From the NCBI GenBank assembly GCA_963833985.1, contig CAWIAD010000001.1, positions 2,080,001-2,144,000 of the forward strand: a stretch of 64,000 nt of DNA. The letters are read 5' to 3'. This DNA is from an uncultured Planctomycetaceae bacterium (GTDB lineage: Bacteria > Planctomycetota > Planctomycetia > Isosphaerales > Isosphaeraceae). Below the pieces are notes generated by a model. It saw only the letters and a list, made by a program, of their open reading frames with translations, made no database searches and was not told where the DNA came from. Below are positions 1 through 12,062 of the stretch, in pieces. The first letter of the stretch is position 1. Every line of letters starts with the position of its first letter. The position numbers were made by a program, and so were the translations under genes.

Positions 1-423
1 GAGCGGATCATCGGGCCGGGTCTGCTCGGCCTTCCGGAAGGCGGCGACCGCGGCCGCGTCACGCCCGCGCTGCGACTCCAGCAGCCCGAGAATTATCCAG
101 GCGACGCCATCGTCCGGGTGCTTCGCCGTCCGCTCGGCATAGGTCTTCACGAAGGCGTCCAGCGTGCCGCGCTCCACGTGATAGCCGTACACGCGGTCGA
201 GCGCCGTCCCCTTCCGCGGCGCCCGTTCCAGCAGGCTCAGGAACCGCCGCGTCATCTCCTCTTGCCGTTTCTCTTCGGCCGCCGCCGGGTCGACCTCACT
301 CGCTTGCGGCGCGGGGGAACGGGACGACGAGCCGGCGTGCTGAGCGAAACCGTGCCTGGCGCACGCACCGGCCAGAAACATGCCCGCGATCAAAGCGCAC
401 AAAAGCTTGCCTGGCCACGACAT
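1..423 (-). CDS. Secreted tetratricopeptide-repeat protein, N-terminal part (runs off the left edge)
   Basis: Not in the ORF track. Manual translation from ATG 423 gives MSWPGKLLCALIAGMFLAGACA (signal-like)...RRFLSLLERAPRKGTALDRVYGYHVERG...AWIILGLLESQRGRDAAAVAAFRKAEQTRPDDP (TPR-like helices), open to position 1. Confidence 0.75.
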   Translation of the reverse strand, partial: MSWPGKLLCALIAGMFLAGACARHGFAQHAGSSSRSPAPQASEVDPAAAEEKRQEEMTRRFLSLLERAPRKGTALDRVYGYHVERGTLDAFVKTYAERTAKHPDDGVAWIILGLLESQRGRDAAAVAAFRKAEQTRPDDPL

Positions 424-1174
424 GATGCGGTCCTTGATGAAGACGGGAGCCGGAAAGGACGCACGGGCCGCCCCGAGAGCCAACTCGCGCAGGATAGCCA
501 CTCCGAAAAGCATCGTCAATTAATCCAGCGAATCGCTTGCGAGCCGCCTCGACAGCCACGGCCTCCTCGAGCGCGGCGCCGACGCACCAATTCGCGGCCC
601 CGGCTTCCGCCGCAGTGCCCGGATATCTCCGACACTTGTAGGATGTGTCTAGCGCAGCGACGACACACCGAACCAATCACCGCGCGACCGATAGACCACC
701 GAGCACTGCTGGGCCGGCGATGATCAGAAAAAGCGGACCATGCCACACGATTCACTTGACCGACGCCGACGCCGGATTTACCTTCAGCGATTGTCCCGAT
801 GACGCATCTCCTGATCTGGTCTCTGTGACTCGTCCGCTCGCGGCTCTGAGGGCAACACAATCGGCGAGCTCCAGCTCTCGAGGGGCGACGTGTGGAGGTT
901 CGGCTCCGACGACCTCAACCGCAACCGCAACCCCATAACGAGCGCGGTCACGAAGAGCTCGGGAAGCACGAAGCCGGAGCGGGAGAACTCGACGTTGGGT
1001 GCGACGGGCCGCCCTTACAGCGCCGCCGCCTGGAGCGCCGGGACCGCAGGCTGCCTGCCTTGGAATATGGCCTCCGACCAGGGGAGGGCAGCTCCGAGCC
1101 ATGCATAAACAGAAAGCATGATCACGGCGTCTATCCCAGATTGCCCAGTCGTCGTCGGAGAAATGCAATATCCC

Positions 1175-2654
1175 GAATGCCACAAAGTTAGTCAGAAGTG
1201 CTTCATTGGCAACTGTTTGCGGAGTTCGGATCTGGGCCTAGTCATCCGCATGTATTGTTTTGGTCGTCGCTTTACGACTCGGGGCTCGACGCGTCCACGG
1301 CGCAATGGGTTGATGACGATCCGCGCGGGCTCAGAACCCCCTTCGGACCCGATCAGCCAGCGCACCGCGTCGATCAAGCCGATCCGATCCGGATCAACGC
1401 CGCGCATGCGTGCCGACTCCAGCATGACCGATCTTACCAGGTTATACGCCAGGCTGAAAATCGCCAGCTCTTTGAGAACCCCTTCGACTGTCTCGCAACG
1501 CAGAACATCCATCTTCATGCTAATCTTTATATGACGAAAATTGAGTTCGACTCTCCACCTCTTGTAGTAGAGTTCGGCCAGCTCTGTCGCCGGGTAGGTC
1601 GATGCGTCTAACAGAGTCGTGACCAGCGTGATTTCGCGCACCCGATACCCGGGTGTCTCGACCCGGTACCTCAGCTCGCGCACGGTGATCTCGGAGGGCA
1701 GCACCTCGAACTCATCCGCCGACATCCACTTCGGATGGGATTTCGATTTAAACCATGTGACAATCTGATCTGCGGTTCCCTGCGCCAACACCCACCGCGA
1801 ACTCGGCAGACCCTGCGGCCTGGGGTACGGACCCTTCCTCCTGGCCATCGGACGACCCGGCGTGAAATCGACGATCTGCTGCTGGTGCACGCGGAAAACC
1901 GCATGCAGACCGCGTTGCAGTAATATCGCCAGATGAGCATACGAGCAAAATCCGCGGTCACCGAGCACGATGTCTCCCGGCTCCAGGCCGTCGGAGATCG
2001 GGCCAACCTGGGACATCTCGTGGGTCCGCAAAGGGGCCGTCCTCGAACGCAGAAGCATGCCGGTGGTGACGTCGAAGAGGGCCAGCCATTTCGCCACCGG
2101 GAAGCCACAGCCCTTGCGTTGACCGCTGGGTTGGCCGAAGTGACGTTGCAGTTCTGGTTGGTCCGGCATGGAGAAGCTGGAGCTGTCGACGACCCAGATT
2201 CGGTGCCCGAGCCACCGCGCGCCATCCGAAGCAGTCCGCACGGCGGCAGCGGTCCGCTCCACGAGCCAGTCGAAGACGGCCAGCGGAAGCCGCTTTCGCG
2301 CCAGGCAGTAGGCGCTGTCGGTGAAGGTCCAAGCGCCGAAGTGCACCACGTGGCGACAAGCCGTGTTGCCATGAAGGACCTGGAGAAGGAACAGATAAAT
2401 GGTCGTCGCGGGGTCGAGAACGCGATTCCGCCAGCGGTGTTTCGCCTGGCGGCAGGCTTCTTCGATCGTCTCCCGGGACAATCCCGCGGCGATATCTTGG
2501 CGCAGTCGATCGAGAATAGGGATGATGCGAGGCGGCATGGGTGGGGCTCCCTCCAGCAACTGTGGGTCCTGGTACTTCCCACAGGATGCCCGGAGCCTCA
2601 CCCATGGCGCAAGATCAAATGGCACAATTAGTTAAAATTAACTTCGCGGCATTC
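1175..2654 (-). mobile_element. IS4-family insertion sequence, 1480 bp
   Basis: TIRs GAATGCCACAAAGTTA (1175-1190) and TAACTTCGCGGCATTC (2639-2654) match 14/16. Direct repeat TGCAATATCCC at 1164-1174 and 2655-2665 (11-bp TSD). Single transposase inside. Confidence 0.93.
1192..2538 (-). CDS. IS4-family DDE transposase (448 aa)
   Basis: Motifs VVDSS, LGDRGF and Y-x2-R-x3-E-x6-K (YYKRWRVELNFRHIK). A GGAGG RBS precedes ATG 2538. Confidence 0.92.
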   Translation of the reverse strand: MPPRIIPILDRLRQDIAAGLSRETIEEACRQAKHRWRNRVLDPATTIYLFLLQVLHGNTACRHVVHFGAWTFTDSAYCLARKRLPLAVFDWLVERTAAAVRTASDGARWLGHRIWVVDSSSFSMPDQPELQRHFGQPSGQRKGCGFPVAKWLALFDVTTGMLLRSRTAPLRTHEMSQVGPISDGLEPGDIVLGDRGFCSYAHLAILLQRGLHAVFRVHQQQIVDFTPGRPMARRKGPYPRPQGLPSSRWVLAQGTADQIVTWFKSKSHPKWMSADEFEVLPSEITVRELRYRVETPGYRVREITLVTTLLDASTYPATELAELYYKRWRVELNFRHIKISMKMDVLRCETVEGVLKELAIFSLAYNLVRSVMLESARMRGVDPDRIGLIDAVRWLIGSEGGSEPARIVINPLRRGRVEPRVVKRRPKQYMRMTRPRSELRKQLPMKHF

Positions 2655-2715
2655 TGCAATATCCCCTTCAGGCCTCCCTGGCAGGATGCCTACCACGACC
2701 AGCGGAGCCGAGTGA

Positions 2716-3096
2716 TCATTCTCTGGACACATCAACGATGGCCTGGTTTAGCGCGTCGAGAATTCGACTTATCTTATCCGCGTTCGAGCTTTCGTATGCT
2801 CTGATTTCTCCTCCCGCCGTGGCGAGGACGACCGCGTGAGTGGGTTTCCGATAGTAGAGAAGAAGGGAGCATGAACCTACAAGACACAGGCCGAGAATAA
2901 TCGCAACCGGATTGAGTGTGAGGATTAGGGCGATACCCAGAAGGGCGAAGGCGATCGGGGCAATGCGGCCTGGCCAGATCGTGGTTCCCTTAACTGATGT
3001 GACGTTTCGTATGGCATAGGTCTGGGTGGCTACTACGAAACGAGCGCTGCTCACCTGGACGGGTCCCTCATTGTAATAGCTCACTTCTTTAGTCAC
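2716..3096 (-). CDS. Small membrane protein, DUF6232-like
   Basis: VSSARFVVATQTYAIRNVTSV, two TM helices, then VVLATAGGE...RILDALNQAI. GTG start inferred; lower GC than neighbours. Confidence 0.65.
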   Translation of the reverse strand: MTKEVSYYNEGPVQVSSARFVVATQTYAIRNVTSVKGTTIWPGRIAPIAFALLGIALILTLNPVAIILGLCLVGSCSLLLYYRKPTHAVVLATAGGEIRAYESSNADKISRILDALNQAIVDVSRE

Positions 3097-3386
3097 GGGA
3101 TGAGCCTCGCCTTTGCATTTAAAGCGGAATCCGCCGCCTCCGGGGGCCGAGCACTGAAAGATCGTGCCAACCTGGCAACTACTTAATCGTACCCGTCCTG
3201 CCGCAACCAATCTACGAGGAGGGCCGCCTCGCCCTTCCCACCGAATTGAAGGCCACCCATCTTAAACAGTAGTTTCCACGAAAAACCGCACAATAACTGA
3301 TCGTATGTACCGTATTGAATGCAGCGTCTCCTGGTCGGAACCTGCCAGGTGGTCACTAACCCGTCCGGCCCCGACACAGGAGACGC

Positions 3387-3779
3387 ATGATGACCAAGGC
3401 TCAACTCACCTGGTCCATCTGGCAAGACTTGTTCAACGCCTTTGCTTGGGCCTTTACCCGCCGCGGCTTCCACCGCTTCGCCGAGTGGATCTCCGCCATG
3501 GCCCTGAACGTCGAGGAACACACCATCACCCAGTCGGTCCTGGCCCTGGAGCAGCCCGCCGCCTGGAAGGTGCTGGAGACCTCCGCCGAGTACGGCTCCT
3601 GGCATGAAGACCGCGTCACGCAGGCCCTCACGCGCCTCATCGCCAAGGCCCCGAGTCAGGACTGGCACGGCGACCATGTTTCGGCCATCGATGACACCAC
3701 GGTCCATCGCTCCAGTCCCCACGTCTGGGGCACCGCGCGGTGTCCGCGTGGAACGTGCAGTCTGGAAGAACGATCGTGA
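3387..3779 (+). pseudogene. Truncated transposase fragment, IS701-like
   Basis: N-terminus resembles IS701-type transposases up to the first catalytic motif (AIDDTTVHRSSPHVWG), then similarity is lost. Far too short for a full transposase. Confidence 0.7.
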
Positions 3780-3943
3780 TCATCCTCTCTGCCACTCCTG
3801 CCCCGCCCTCCCGGCCGGGAAAAGAACCAGAGATGCATCAACCGGTTCACTGATTGTGCAACGAAGAGATTCGGGTTAGGATATCGGACGATTGTCCGGT
3901 GGCCGGCTTCACGTCAGGTCCTTTGCGGCAGCAAGAGGTGAGC

Positions 3944-4954
3944 ATGGCGGGCGACGCGCAGGCGATCAAGGAGCAGCTCGACCAGTTCCGCACCGATTTC
4001 GAGGCCCTGCGGCGCGAGATCGGCAAGGTGATCGTCGGGCAGGGAGAGATCATCGACGGCACGCTGCTGGCTCTCATCGCCGGCGGTCACGTGCTGCTGG
4101 AGGGAGTGCCCGGCCTGGGCAAAACCCTGCTGGTGCGCACCCTGGCCGATTCCCTTCAGCTCAAATTCCAGCGCATCCAGTTCACGCCCGACCTCATGCC
4201 CGCCGACCTCACGGGAACCAACGTGGTCCTGGAGACGCCCGAGGGAGGCCGGCGGTTCGAGTTCCAGCCCGGCCCCGTGTTCTCCAACCTGGTACTCGCC
4301 GACGAGATCAACCGGGCCACGCCCAAGACGCAGTCGGCCCTGCTCGAGGCCATGCAGGAACGGTCGGTCACGATCGCCGGCAAGACGCACAGCCTGGGCC
4401 GGCCGTTCTTCGTGCTCGCCACGCAGAACCCGCTGGAGATGGAGGGAACGTACCCGCTCCCCGAGGCCCAGCTCGATCGCTTCTTCTTCAAACTGCTGGT
4501 GAAGTTCCCGTCGGCGGCGGAAATGGAGATGATCCTCGATCGCACCACCGAGGCCGCCGAGCCCCGCGCCGAGGCCATCTTCGATGGTAAGAGGATCGGC
4601 GAGCTTGCCCAGCTGGCACGTCAGATCCCCATCGCCGATGAGCTGCGGCGCTTCGGCATCGCCATCGTCCTGGCGACGCACCCGGAGCACGAGCTGGCCA
4701 CGGACAGGTCCCGGCGCTACGTGCGCTACGGCTCCAGCCCGCGCAGCGCCCAGGCGATCATCCTTGCCGCCAAGATCCGCGCCATCCTTGACCATCGCTA
4801 CCACGTCTCCCGCGAGGACCTGCGCGCGGTGGCTCATCCCGCCCTGCGCCACCGCCTGATCCTGAACTTCGAGGGCCAGGCGGAGAACATCGAGCCGGAC
4901 GAGATCATCGACGAGATCCTCGAACAGGTCGAGAGCCCCGCGCTGGTCGCCTGA
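3944..4954 (+). CDS. moxR: MoxR-family AAA+ ATPase
   Basis: [14 protein letters not shown] (Walker A), [55 protein letters not shown]. Confidence 0.95.
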   Translation: MAGDAQAIKEQLDQFRTDFEALRREIGKVIVGQGEIIDGTLLALIAGGHVLLEGVPGLGKTLLVRTLADSLQLKFQRIQFTPDLMPADLTGTNVVLETPEGGRRFEFQPGPVFSNLVLADEINRATPKTQSALLEAMQERSVTIAGKTHSLGRPFFVLATQNPLEMEGTYPLPEAQLDRFFFKLLVKFPSAAEMEMILDRTTEAAEPRAEAIFDGKRIGELAQLARQIPIADELRRFGIAIVLATHPEHELATDRSRRYVRYGSSPRSAQAIILAAKIRAILDHRYHVSREDLRAVAHPALRHRLILNFEGQAENIEPDEIIDEILEQVESPALVA

Positions 4955-4988
4955 GACCGGCTTCCTTTCGCGTGAACGGAGGCTGGCC

Positions 4989-5893
<905 letters not shown>

Positions 5894-5897
<4 letters not shown>

Positions 5898-7825
5898 ACC
5901 TCGTCAACCCCACGGCGCTCTTGCTGGCTGGCCTGGCCGTGCCGATCGTCGCCCTGTACATCCTCAAGGTCCGGCTGCGGCGCGTGCCCGTCTCCACGAT
6001 CCTCTTCTGGAGGCAGGTTTTCGAGGAGAAGAAACCCAGGTCGCTGTGGCAGCAGCTCCGGCACTGGATCTCGCTGGCGCTTCAGCTCGCGTTCCTGCTG
6101 CTGCTGGTGACGGCCCTGGCCGACCCGCTCTTCCGCTGGCAGAAGGCCCAGGCGCGGAGGCTCGTGCTGGTGGTCGACAACTCGGCAAGCATGAGCGCGA
6201 CGGACGTGCCGCCGAACCGGTTCGAGGCGGCGCGTGCCCAGGGACGCAGGCTCATCGACGGCATGCGCGTGGGCGATGAGATGGCCATCCTCTGCGCGGC
6301 GAGCTCGCCGCAGGTGGTGTGCACCATGACGGATCATCAGCGGACCTTGCACCAGGCGCTCGGCTCCATCACCAGCGGCGACGGCCCGGCCCGCATCCAG
6401 GACGCCGTCAGCCTGGCTCGCCACCTGCTGATCGACCCGGCGCGGCCGCACCGCATCATCGTCGTCTCCGACGGCAGCTTTCCGGGTGCCTCCGCACTCT
6501 CGAAGGAAGAGGACGTTGAGCTCGTCTCGGCCGGCGGCAGGACGCCCAACCTGGGCATCTCGCGCATGCAGGCCAGGCGCAGCCTGCTCGACCCGATCGG
6601 CTACGAGATCCTGGTCGAGGTAGTGAACGCCTCCGACGATGCGGCCGAATGCCGGCTCGAGCTCGATCTCGACGACGCTCCCATCGACGTCGTCCCGCTT
6701 CGCCTCCAGCCGGGCGAGCACACGACCCAGGTCTTCGAGAAGACCTCGGCCGAGGGGGGCCTGCTGCGTGCCCGCCTGAACCGCGATGACGCCCTGGCCG
6801 CGGACAACACCGCCTTCGCGCTTTTGCCCCGGCGCAGCCGCCAGCGCGTGCGGCTGGAGACCGGCGGCAACCTGTTCCTGGAGAAAGTCTTCGAGGCCAT
6901 GCCGCTGGTGGACCTGGAGATCGTCAAGGACCCGTCGCGAGAGCCGCCCGCGGCCCCCGGCCTCGCGCTCACGGTCCTGCATCGCCGGGTGCCGGCCGCC
7001 CTGCCGGCCGGGCCGGTGCTGGTGATCGAGCCGGATCAGCCGTCGCCGCTCTGGCAGCTTGGCGAGCCGCTCCAGAACCCCGTGGTGGCGAAGCAAGATG
7101 GCGATTCGCCGCTCATGGCCCACATTCGCCTGGACCAGGTGCTCATGCCCGAGGCCCGCCGGCTGACACTCGCCTCCGGCGCGGGGTTCAAGCTGCTGGC
7201 CGAGACCGCGACGGGCCACCCGCTGTACGCCGTGTGCGACCGGCCCGAAGGGAAGGTCCTGGTGCTCACAGTGAACCTCGACAAGAGCGACCTCCCGCTC
7301 CTGACCGCCTTCCCGATCATGATGACCAACCTCCTGAGCTGGCTGTCCGGAACCAAGGGAGAGCTGCGCGAATCGCTGCCCACCGGTTCCGTGACCGAGA
7401 TCGCACTAGCGCCCGAGGCCGATCCCCGGGCCCTGCGCATCCTCCGCTCGCCGGTGGGGAGCGAACGGACCTTGCCCGCCAGCGCGGCGAAGGTCAGCCT
7501 GGGGCCGCTCGACCAGGTCGGAGTGTGGAGGTTGATCCGCCGGCTGCCCGCGGGCACAGGGACAGAGAAAGCTGACTTGAAGGCGCAGCAAGCCAGCTTG
7601 AAGGCGCAGGACCCGGGCGTGCGGGAAGAGCTCTTGCTGGAAGTGGCCTGCAATCTCGCCGATCGCGGCGAGACCGACATTCGCCCGGGCGCGGAGATCC
7701 AGTCCCGAACGGTGCCGCGGCTGGCCGGTTTCCTGGTCCGGCCGGTCTGGTTCTACCTGCTCCTGTGCGCGTGGTGCCTGACCTCCTGGGAATGGTATCT
7801 CTACCAGCGAAGGTGGATCGACTGA
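5894..7825 (+). CDS. BatA N-terminal + vWA domain membrane protein
   Basis: N-terminal double-TM BatA motif (LAVPIVALYILK...VSTILFW), MIDAS DNSASM, VSDG, C-terminal TM ending EWYLYQRR. ATGA overlap with the DUF58 gene. Confidence 0.88.
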
Positions 7826-10436
7826 TGAGCTGGCTGCCCTATCAACTGGAGCTGGGACGGCCCTGGTGGCTGCTCGGGCTGGGCGTGCTGCCGGTGCTGC
7901 TGTATTACTTCCACCATAGCCTGGTCGATTTCACGCGCTGGCAGCGCTGGGTGTCGCTGGCGGTGCGGGCCTGCATCCTGCTGCTGCTGGTGCTGGCGCT
8001 CGCGGGCCTGAGCCTGTTGCGGCCCACGCGGGAACAGTTCCTCGTCTTCGCCATCGACCGCAGCCGGAGCATCGGCGACGAGGGCGCAAGCTGGCGGACG
8101 ATTTCGTGGCCAGGGCGATCGCGCAGGCCGGCCGCAATCGCTACGCGGTGCTGCCCTTCGCCGCGGGGCCAGGTGTGCTGCGCACGGAGGAGACCGCGCC
8201 CCGGCCTGCCGGCGCGGAGCAGCCGGACGACAGCAAGGTCCTTGATCTCCAGGGCACCGACATCGCCCGGGCCCTGGAGGTTGCGGCTGCCGCCATACCT
8301 CCGTTCTATGTTCCGCGCATCGTGCTCATCTCCGACGGCAACGCCACGGCCGGAGATGCCGTGCGGGTTGCGGCCGGGCTGCGCGGCCGGGTGGACGTCT
8401 CCACGGTGGCACTGCCGGCACGCACCGATCCTGAAGTGCAGATCTCGTCCGTGACCGTCCCGGCACAGGTGCAGCAGGGCGAGGCCTTCCGCGCCGAGCT
8501 GGTGATCGACAGCAATCACGATGACGAAGCCGGCCAGGTCGAGGTGTATCGCGGCGATATCAAGGTGGCCGACACCCCACTGAAGCTGAAGAAGGGTGAG
8601 AACCGGATCCGCCTGGCGCAGACGATCGAGCAGGGGGGGCTGACGCAGATCACGGCCCGGCTGCGCGGCTACCGCGATACGATCGTGGACAACAACAGCG
8701 ACTCCGGCCTGGTCTACACCGCGGGCAAGCCGCGCGTGCTTCTGGTGGAAAGCGATACCGACCAGGCCAAGCACCTGACCTGGGCGCTCGAGGAGCAGAA
8801 CATGCAGGTGGACGTCCGGCCCCCGCGCGGGGTGCCGGAGACCCTGGCGGAGCTGCAAAACTATGATCTGCTGATCCTCTCCAACGTCCCCGCCACGTCG
8901 CTGTCGATGCGGCAGATGCAGGTTGCCCGCACCTACGTGCAAGATCTGGGTGGCGGGTTGATCATGCTCGGCGGCGACCAGTCCTTCGGCCTGGGGGGCT
9001 ATTACAAGACCACGCTCGAGGAGATCTTGCCGGTGCGCAGCGATTTCGAGAAAGAGAAGGAGAAGCCAAGCCTGGCGATGATGCTGGTGATCGACAAGTC
9101 CGGTTCGATGGGCGGCGAGAAGATCGAGATGGCCAAGGAGGCGGCCCGCGCCGCGGTCGAGCTGCTGGGGCCCAGCGACAAGGTGGGCGTGCTGGCGTTC
9201 GAGGGCGAGAACTTCTGGGTCTCCGAGCTGCACCCGTGCAACGACAAGGGCTTCGTGCTGGACCGGATTGCCGGGCTCGAGGCGGGTGGCGGAACCGTCA
9301 TGGCGCCGGCCATGGAAGAAGCCTACGAGACGCTGCGGGGGGCGATCGCCAAGCTCAAGCACATGATCATCCTCACCGACGGCATCTCCCAGCCGGGCGA
9401 CTTTGAAGGCATTGCCCAGGCGATGGCCGCCGACCGCATCACCGTCTCCACCGTTGCCATGGGGGCCGATGCCGACCAGCAGCTCCTGGAGGAGATTGCC
9501 CACATCGGCAACGGCCGCTACTACGTCGCCGACGACCCGGCCCAGGTGCCGCAGATCTTTGCCAAGGAGACTGTCACCGCTAGCAAGTCGGCCATCAACG
9601 AACAGCCGTTCTCGCCCACGATCGTCCGCCCCACGCAGGTGCTGGCCGACCTCGGGCTGGATACGGCGCCCTTCCTGCTGGGCTACGTGATCACCCGCCC
9701 CAAGCCCACGGCGGAGGTGATCCTGGCCACCGAGTCGGGAGACCCGCTGCTGGCCTGGTGGCGTTACGGGCTGGGCATGAGCGTGGCGTTCACGTCCGAT
9801 GCCAAGGCGCGCTGGGCCGCCGAGTGGCTCTCCTGGCCCAGCTTCGCGCAGTTCTGGGCCCAGGTGGCCCGGCACGCCCTGCGCAGGGCCGAGGCCAGGG
9901 GCACGGTCGTGCAGGTGGAGAGGAAGGGACAGACGGCGAAGGTCACGCTCGATGCCATCGAGCCCTCGGGCAAGTATCTCAACAAGGCCGACACGGAGCT
10001 GATGCTGATTGATCCGCAGCTCAGCACGCGCAAGCTGGAAATGGCCCAGGTGGCCCCCGGCCGGTACCAGGCCGAATTCGAGACGGGCCTCTCCGGCTCC
10101 TACCAGTTACGCTTCGCCCAATCCCGGAGCGGCCAGCTCATCGGCCAGCAATCACGCGGCCTGGCCGTCGGCTATCCTGATGAGCTGCGGCTCCGCCCCG
10201 CCAATACCGAGCTCTTGCGGTCGATCGCCGAGACGACGGGCGGCAGGAGCGACGTGAAGGCCCAGGACGTGTTCGCGGATCCGGACCGCACCGTCCCGCG
10301 GACCACACCGCTCTGGCCCTACCTGGCGGGCGCCGCGGCGCTCCTCTTTGTGCTCGATGTGGCGCTGCGGCGGATCGACCTGGCCCTGCTGCGACGCGGC
10401 GGAAGTGCGTTATCGCTGTCGGCGGGCCGCGCCTGA
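7825..10436 (+). CDS. vWA + GATase1-like membrane protein, one frameshift near 8085
   Basis: Frame from ATG 7825 (TMs, DRSRS MIDAS) continues as KLADDFVARAIAQAG in the 8106..10436 frame. That part has LIMLGGDQSFGLGGY and a second MIDAS DKSGSM. Confidence 0.85.
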
Positions 10437-10505
10437 TCGTATACTGGCTGTTGAAGGATTTCGTGGGAGCTTGATGTCCAACTCACAGCACTGGGAGCCG
10501 CGGCC

Positions 10506-11996
10506 ATGCACGATCGCATCTTCGGTCTGCTCGATCCTGTCCGACGGCGGCAGCGTCTCCTGCTGGTGGTGCGCTGGGCGGCTTCCGGGCTGCTCGCGGG
10601 ATCGCTCATGAGCATGCTGCTCGGGCTCTGGCAATGGTGGAGCAGCAGCGCGATCTCGTTGTTCTGGCCGGTTGCGGCACTGGCCGGCGGACCGCTCCTC
10701 GGGGCAACCATCGGGGCTTTCCGGTGGCGCGGTTGGGGCAGCACCGCGGCCGTGGTCGACGCCCGCTACGCCCTCAAGGATCGCACGCTCACGGCCATCG
10801 ACCTGGTGCGGCGCAGCGCGCCCTCGGCGGTGCACGAACTTCAGCTCGCCGACGCCGAGGAGCACCTGGCGGTCCTCGACCCGCGCAAGGTCGCGCCCTT
10901 TCGGCTCTCGGCGCGCTTTCCTCTCGCCGCCGGCACGGCCATCGTCGCCCTGCTGATCCTGTTCTGGCCGCGTCCCACCCGGATCGAGGCCGGCCCGCCC
11001 GAGCCCTTGGAGGAGGTCGTGGCGGCCGCCGGCGACGCCAGGGCCAGCCTCGAGGAACTGGCCGAGGAGGCCAAAAAGCCGGAGAGCCGGGAGCTGCACA
11101 GCCTGGTCCAGAAGCTCGTCGAGAAGATCGAGGAGATGAAGCAGCCGGGTGTCGACGTCAAGGAAGCACTCGCCAAGCTCTCGGAGATGCAGGCGTCGAT
11201 CGCCGCGCAGCAGGCCATGTACAACGTCGGCATGGTCGACGCCCAGATGAACGCACTGGGAGAAGCCATGGCCTCCACCCAGGCGCTCGAATCGGCCGGG
11301 CAGGCCCTCCAGCAGCAGAAGTTCGAGAAGGCCGCCGACGCCCTCGAGCAGGCCGATCCGAAGTTCGACCGCAAGGAGGCGAAGAACCTCAAGGAGAAGC
11401 TCAAGAAGGCCGCGCTCGCGCAGGGCGACGCCGGACTGGGCGAGCTGAGCGAGACTACCGCCGAGATGGCCGACTCGCTGGAGAACGCGGCCGCCTTTCA
11501 GGATTCAGCGCGCAAGCTGGGGAAACTCGCCCGTTCGCACGGCCGCAGAAAGCAGATCAGCGACCTGCTCACACTCGCGACGGGAAACCTTTCCGAGTGC
11601 AAGAGCAATTGCCAGAAGAACGGCGGCGCAAAGGTCCGGCTGAGGGCGAAGTCGACGCGGCCCAGCAGCACCTGGGGCCGCGGAATCAGCGGCAACGTGG
11701 ACGGCGAAAAGACCAAGCTCGGCTCCGAGCACAAGCGCGATCAGGTGCAGGGACAGGCCGACGAGGGGCCCTCGGAAGTGGAGACCACCCGCTCACCCGA
11801 AGGCCGCCAGCTCGCCTCGCGCAGCTACCAGGAGACCTACGCCAGGTACCGCCGCAAGACCGAGGCGGCGCTGAACAGCGAGCCCATTCCGCTGGGCCAC
11901 CGGCAGACGATTCGCCGCTACTTCGAGCTCATCCGCCCGCAGAACGACGAGGTGGACAAACCGGCCGCACAGCCGCCAGCCCCGGACAGCAAGTAA
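10506..11996 (+). CDS. Membrane-anchored coiled-coil protein of the MoxR/vWA cluster
   Basis: Three N-terminal TMs, a long helical region and a C-terminal EPIPLGHRQTIRRYF motif typical of MoxR-operon terminal genes. Confidence 0.75.
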   Translation: MHDRIFGLLDPVRRRQRLLLVVRWAASGLLAGSLMSMLLGLWQWWSSSAISLFWPVAALAGGPLLGATIGAFRWRGWGSTAAVVDARYALKDRTLTAIDLVRRSAPSAVHELQLADAEEHLAVLDPRKVAPFRLSARFPLAAGTAIVALLILFWPRPTRIEAGPPEPLEEVVAAAGDARASLEELAEEAKKPESRELHSLVQKLVEKIEEMKQPGVDVKEALAKLSEMQASIAAQQAMYNVGMVDAQMNALGEAMASTQALESAGQALQQQKFEKAADALEQADPKFDRKEAKNLKEKLKKAALAQGDAGLGELSETTAEMADSLENAAAFQDSARKLGKLARSHGRRKQISDLLTLATGNLSECKSNCQKNGGAKVRLRAKSTRPSSTWGRGISGNVDGEKTKLGSEHKRDQVQGQADEGPSEVETTRSPEGRQLASRSYQETYARYRRKTEAALNSEPIPLGHRQTIRRYFELIRPQNDEVDKPAAQPPAPDSK

Positions 11997-12062
11997 CGTC
12001 TCGCAAGGCCGGCGAAACGAGGCGGCCGCCAGGCAGCCGCCCGTTGCCAGGTTCCGCACGGA

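Noticed and set aside
424..1163. Short ORFs left of the IS4 as a gene interrupted by the insertion
   Set aside because: Joining the empty site gave no convincing continuous frame on the minus strand, and the translations have no recognisable motif.
7576..7609. Short duplication CTTGAAGGCGCAG (LKAQ..LKAQ) in the BatA-like gene
   Set aside because: Two copies only, in frame, in a probable loop.
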